A stretch of DNA of 64,000 bases from Meyerozyma guilliermondii. Taxonomy: Eukaryota. The notes under the pieces were generated by a model. It was not told the DNA's origin, made no database searches, and saw only the letters and a program-made list of their open reading frames with translations. Below, in pieces: positions 62,433-64,000 of this stretch. The translations under genes were made by a program, and so were the position numbers. Every line of letters starts with the position of its first letter. Within the stretch, counting starts at the first letter, position 1. The stretch is from NCBI GenBank assembly GCA_051546255.1, contig CP128815.1, forward strand, positions 62,001 through 126,000, in the 5' to 3' direction.

Positions 62433-63375
62433 TGTTAGTCAATAATACGTTATGTTTGGTTCTTTGTAACATTGGCTCCAACTTCTTAAGCTTTCGTAAA
62501 AAATATTTAAGCCTCTCGTGGCCCTGGAGTGTAGCCACACCGCATACTTCAGCCTCGAGTCACGGTAGCAAAGACCGGGTAGACTAAGCCTCAATAACTG
62601 AGTGGTCTCTAGAACAGACAGAATACCAAACGAAGTTGGTGAACTGTGAATACAAAACTCAATAAAAGTTTCCCTATTATCTTAGTCTAGCTAGTAATTG
62701 CTAATTCGAGCGTCTGAGAAAGTGGCTTTATAATTGACGAAAAGACTGAGATTGTATGTGTTTGATAAAGGTAGTCTACTAAACTATTTAGGGTGTCCTC
62801 TTAATTGAAAGGCTTCCATGAGGTCATATCTCATTGGACTAAAGTTGTCCCAATTAGTACATAGCTCGGGAACAGTTGCACATTTAAAATTAAGTCGCAG
62901 AAAATTCACCTGAAAAATACGGTTGCAAATGTCTCTTCATAAGGACCATTCTTCAACTCTAAAAAGGATCACCACAGTAAGCTTTCCGCAAAATTCGATC
63001 TTGGCAAACCCTTTTGGTAATTGAACATCGCGTAATATGAATTCTCCAAACACACAAAAGCTGTCATCGTCGTTATCTCTTCCATACTAGGAACCTAGTC
63101 TACCTTGAATTTTTAAGGTTGGCAAAAAATTGAACTTTGTTTTTGATAATCACTCAATGGTGTACTTTCAATTCTTGGAGTTATCTCATAAAATCAAGGC
63201 AGTTTGCCAGTAATTGTACAATCACTTGTTTGACGAAGACTTCCCCGGATTATTTAATCGCACAAATTATGAGCACTGCAGAAGTCGTGACTGAAAGGTT
63301 TGTTGTCTGCAGGTACAGCGTTTGTTAGCCGTGCGGGATTCGATTATAAAATGCAGCCTTTTCGGCATCAATTGC

Positions 63376-64000
63376 ATGAGTCCTTTCAGCGAAAAGAAAG
63401 GTAAACGATTCCAAGTAAAAGATGCCGAACAGGTTCCCCCATATTCGGGTACTGATCAGCCTATATTTCTTGAATCGAAACATAATAATCAACAATTACC
63501 AGATTATCATCAAGCACACCATGCCGGCACTTTCCATTATAAATTCGTAATGGCGGAAAAGCTGCTCAAACAAAACCATTACGTGTTCGTATCGGCAGAC
63601 TCAATGGGTAAATACAGATCATTCAAGGGAGTGTCGCTGGATTCACCCATAGATACCCATCAAAAAGTTTCAACATTACAGCATCAAGGAATCGGCATCC
63701 CATTATTATCTGCAAATATTGCTTGGAAAGAAAACTTTAAAATTGACAAGTCCATGACCATCTACAAGTACAACCGTCCGCCGAAAATGAGGTTATTTGA
63801 CAAAAATCTTGATAAGGAATTATTTTGCGTCGTCAAGTTGAGGGAGTCAGCTCAATATTATAGGTACGAATTTGAGTTCGTTAAGTCAAACAGGAAAATG
63901 ACCTTTTTCCTACATAGAAAGCACCCCTTTGGTGATGTGTGTTTCTCAGGAAGCGATATCCGTTATCGTTGGTTACATTCAAAGTATAGTATGTGGAGAG
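63376..64000 (+). CDS. Hypothetical protein running off the window end; absent from the ORF track
   Basis: ATG 63376 followed by 208 stop-free codons (MSPFSEKK...VPPY..LPDY..GIGIPLL..FCVV..HRKHPFGD..RYRW); TATAAAA about 30 bp upstream. Confidence 0.75.
   Translation, partial: MSPFSEKKGKRFQVKDAEQVPPYSGTDQPIFLESKHNNQQLPDYHQAHHAGTFHYKFVMAEKLLKQNHYVFVSADSMGKYRSFKGVSLDSPIDTHQKVSTLQHQGIGIPLLSANIAWKENFKIDKSMTIYKYNRPPKMRLFDKNLDKELFCVVKLRESAQYYRYEFEFVKSNRKMTFFLHRKHPFGDVCFSGSDIRYRWLHSKYSMWR

Noticed and set aside
62433..63375. Possible solo LTR or transposon remnant in the long 3' intergenic region
   Set aside because: No TG..CA boundaries with target-site duplication, terminal repeats or transposase/RT fragments that I could identify

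Overview
This is a gene-dense eukaryotic window from a budding yeast of the CTG(Ser) clade. Conserved serines in Pol3, Nik1, Hem25 and MsrB are encoded by CTG, so the supplied ORF track mistranslates CTG as Leu. The compact layout is compatible with a Meyerozyma/Debaryomycetaceae-type genome (inference). It holds about 42 protein genes, mostly housekeeping: GLC3 (partial), YKU80, MTG1, KTI12, UTP11, ATP25, SLD2, RQT4, IME2, HMT1, MXR2, TSC13, MBF1, PKP1, JHD1, ARG1, VHR1, HSH155, ELP5, GPI16, BUB1, PEX14, NUT1, POL3, NIK1, SPS19, MCA1, HLJ1, HEM25 and CDC43. There are also two intron-containing tRNAs (Lys-CTT, Pro-TGG) and three spliceosomal introns the ORF track misses. I found no mobile element, CRISPR array or rRNA, and no convincing new multi-gene system. 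The most notable signals are: (1) a Red5/ZC3H3-like CCCH gene hiding two tiny stop-free, frame-preserving introns, one of which splits the first zinc finger; (2) a secreted orphan with an amphipathic beta-hairpin pattern; (3) an NLS-like in-frame extension of NIK1 with no ATG; (4) a recurrent intergenic motif, WWTTYGCASCY; (5) an uncalled PY-motif ORF at the right edge. Gene names come from recalled family motifs, not database searches.
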